DNA from: Macrostomum lignano
Lineage: Eukaryota
Reading direction: 5' to 3'
NCBI GenBank assembly: GCA_002269645.1
Contig: NIVC01003365.1
Location: 1-64,000 of the forward strand
DNA length: 64,000 nucleotides
In this document: positions 63,601-64,000 of the stretch, piece by piece
How the letters are laid out: each line of letters opens with the position of its first letter
Position numbering within the stretch: position 1 is the stretch's first letter
Made by a program: the position numbers and the translations under genes
Notes under the pieces: model-generated
What the model was told of the DNA's origin: nothing
The model's input: only the letters and a program-made list of their open reading frames with translations
Databases searched by the model: none

Positions 63601-64000
63601 TGCCAGGAGCGACAGGAAAGACAACGACAACGCCGGCGCCTACTACAACAACAAGACGCCCGGCCGTGTGCCTGCGCAAGAGCGTGAAACTGTTTGAGAG
63701 CGGCGAGCTGCCCAGCGACGCGCTGACCAAGGCGGAGAAGCTCCCAGAGAAGAAGGAGTTCACACCCAAGGAGCGAAAGGAGGCCCTGCTGCCTAGCGGT
63801 AGTGGACTGCCAGTGAAGCGAGGCGGTTCCACCCAGCTCACCTTCCAGGTGGACCGTCTGCCAAAGACTGCCAGCCTGATGAAGGTGGTGCTCAAGAGCA
63901 GCACGCCGGACAGTGTTCGCGAGGTGACCGTGTTTGTGGCCGACGAGGACAAGCCAGAGAAGTACGTGCAAGTGAACAGGGAGACGCCGAAGGAGCCTAA
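27842..64000 (+). CDS. Mlig-ap2: Giant secreted vWD/C8/TIL/LDLa + tandem-repeat adhesive protein, probably Macrostomum adhesion protein 2; 3' end lies beyond the window
   Basis: 16 exons with consistent phases: 27842-28129, 28552-29161, 30169-30391, 30614-30755, 31431-31594, 32401-32924, 33301-33550, 33945-34167, 34911-35400, 35935-36146, 37336-37597, 38098-38193, 39295-39424, 39529-39617, 40666-40779, 40861->64000. Signal peptide MKLLTAVVAAQLLLACLTCGAAG. 21 x 255-aa and at least 7.5 x 221-aa repeats match my recollection of Mlig-ap2 (Wunderer et al. 2019, PNAS). Not BLAST-verified. Confidence 0.85.
30790..31140 (+). mobile_element. tRNA-derived SINE, family 2 (ap2 intron 4)
   Basis: A-box-like GTGGTCCAGCGTGG and B-box GGCTCGATTCCC. 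The body recurs inverted at 35481-35744, and a related fragment occurs at about 22325-22400. Confidence 0.7.
32990..33270. repeat. 38-bp minisatellite (CTCCCAGTTGTACAGTAGAGAGCCTCAGTCGCTGCATA)n, about 7 copies, ap2 intron 6
   Basis: Direct reading. Confidence 0.9.
33620..33905. repeat. Degenerate purine-rich (AAATCCAGAAGGG)-like repeat, ap2 intron 7
   Basis: Imperfect recurring AAAATCC(C)AGAAG words. Confidence 0.6.
34212..34647. repeat. 18-bp minisatellite (GGGTAGAAGGACTAGGAG)n, about 24 copies, ap2 intron 8
   Basis: Direct reading. Source of the spurious RRGRRT and PSTPPS ORFs. Confidence 0.97.
35481..35744 (-). mobile_element. 5'-truncated inverted copy of SINE family 2 (ap2 intron 9)
   Basis: Reverse complement of about 30887-31140 (for example GTGCACCCTGGCGCAC and CAGCGGCCCTAACTTTATTTATCGTTAGGCATGTACAC). 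Confidence 0.8.
35745..35862. repeat. About 36-bp tandem repeat (ATCTGCCATTGTCCAAC..AAAACCAGAGACACA), 3+ copies
   Basis: Direct reading. Confidence 0.8.
36204..37298. repeat. Compound 11-bp (GACACACTGTA)/14-bp (GACCACTGGCTGTA) minisatellite forming a 25-bp higher-order unit, ap2 intron 10
   Basis: Direct reading. Confidence 0.95.
37640..37938. repeat. 33/29-bp minisatellite (GTCACAAATTGAGTCACTCCCTACTCCAATCCT)n, ap2 intron 11
   Basis: Direct reading. Confidence 0.9.
38522..39131. mobile_element. Foldback MITE (610 bp) with long TIRs, TA-flanked (Tc1/mariner-like), ap2 intron 12
   Basis: The left arm 38522-38623 plus 38728-38812 is the reverse complement of the right arm at about 38960-39131. 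TATA flanks both ends (38518-38521 and 39132-39135). Confidence 0.85.
39672..40560. repeat. 29-bp minisatellite (CTATGGTAGAGAGTGAGCTATTGAATTGT)n, about 30 copies with periodic short variants, ap2 intron 14
   Basis: Direct reading. Confidence 0.95.
40666..40990 (+). CDS. Two LDL-receptor class A domains (ap2 exon 15 and the start of exon 16)
   Basis: [36 protein letters not shown] and CPAFKLKCRRSNLCIAKSEVCDGKHQC..DDSDEENC carry the canonical D-X-S-D-E motif. Confidence 0.92.
42820..58910 (+). repeat. Coding tandem array 1: 21 copies of a 765-bp (255-aa) unit; 17 junctions are 764 bp (1-bp deletion)
   Basis: The VCKKKMAFDSNV anchor occurs at 42903, 43668, then every 764 bp to 56656, then 57421 and 58185. 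Each unit is a 147-aa Cys-to-Cys module plus a 108-aa Thr/Lys/Arg linker. Confidence 0.97.
58980..64000 (+). repeat. Coding tandem array 2: at least 7.5 copies of a 663-bp (221-aa) unit, in frame, continuing past the window
   Basis: The VCLRKSVKLFESG anchor occurs at 59025, 59688, 60351, 61014, 61677, 62340, 63003 and 63666. Each unit is a 155-aa Cys-to-Cys module plus a 66-aa Thr-rich linker. Confidence 0.97.

Noticed and set aside
58271-63952. 1893-aa antisense ORF
   Set aside because: A shadow of the in-frame 663-bp coding repeat: one stop-free antisense unit repeats indefinitely. It has no independent domain content.

Overview
Eukaryotic (animal) genomic DNA with GT-AG introns, dense simple repeats and transposons. 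No prokaryotic features, CRISPR arrays, or rRNA/tRNA genes are supported. There are three spliced + strand genes. (1) A serine palmitoyltransferase 2 (SPTLC2/LCB2) gene, 5 exons, 4012-10052. (2) A TMEM26-like gene, 3 exons, 22047-24358. (3) A giant secreted vWD/C8/TIL/LDLa protein gene that starts at 27842 and runs off the window end. Its 16th exon (40861 to >64000) holds 21 copies of a 255-aa repeat followed by at least 7.5 copies of a 221-aa repeat. From memory, this matches the published Macrostomum lignano flatworm glue protein Mlig-ap2; I could not run a BLAST check. The window also has a decayed Mag-like Ty3/Gypsy LTR element inserted in a 1.38-kb macrosatellite, two hAT MITEs with perfect 8-bp TSDs, a TA-flanked foldback MITE, two SINE families and about 16 distinct micro/minisatellites. 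The most interesting observations are: the ap2 repeats look like cryptic disulfide-closed F5/8-type-C (discoidin)-like modules on Thr/Lys/Arg-rich stalks; 17 consecutive repeat copies share one identical 1-bp deletion (probably a consensus error); a strong in-frame splice donor could skip the whole repeat array; and the LTR element has an atypical ~35-bp flank duplication.
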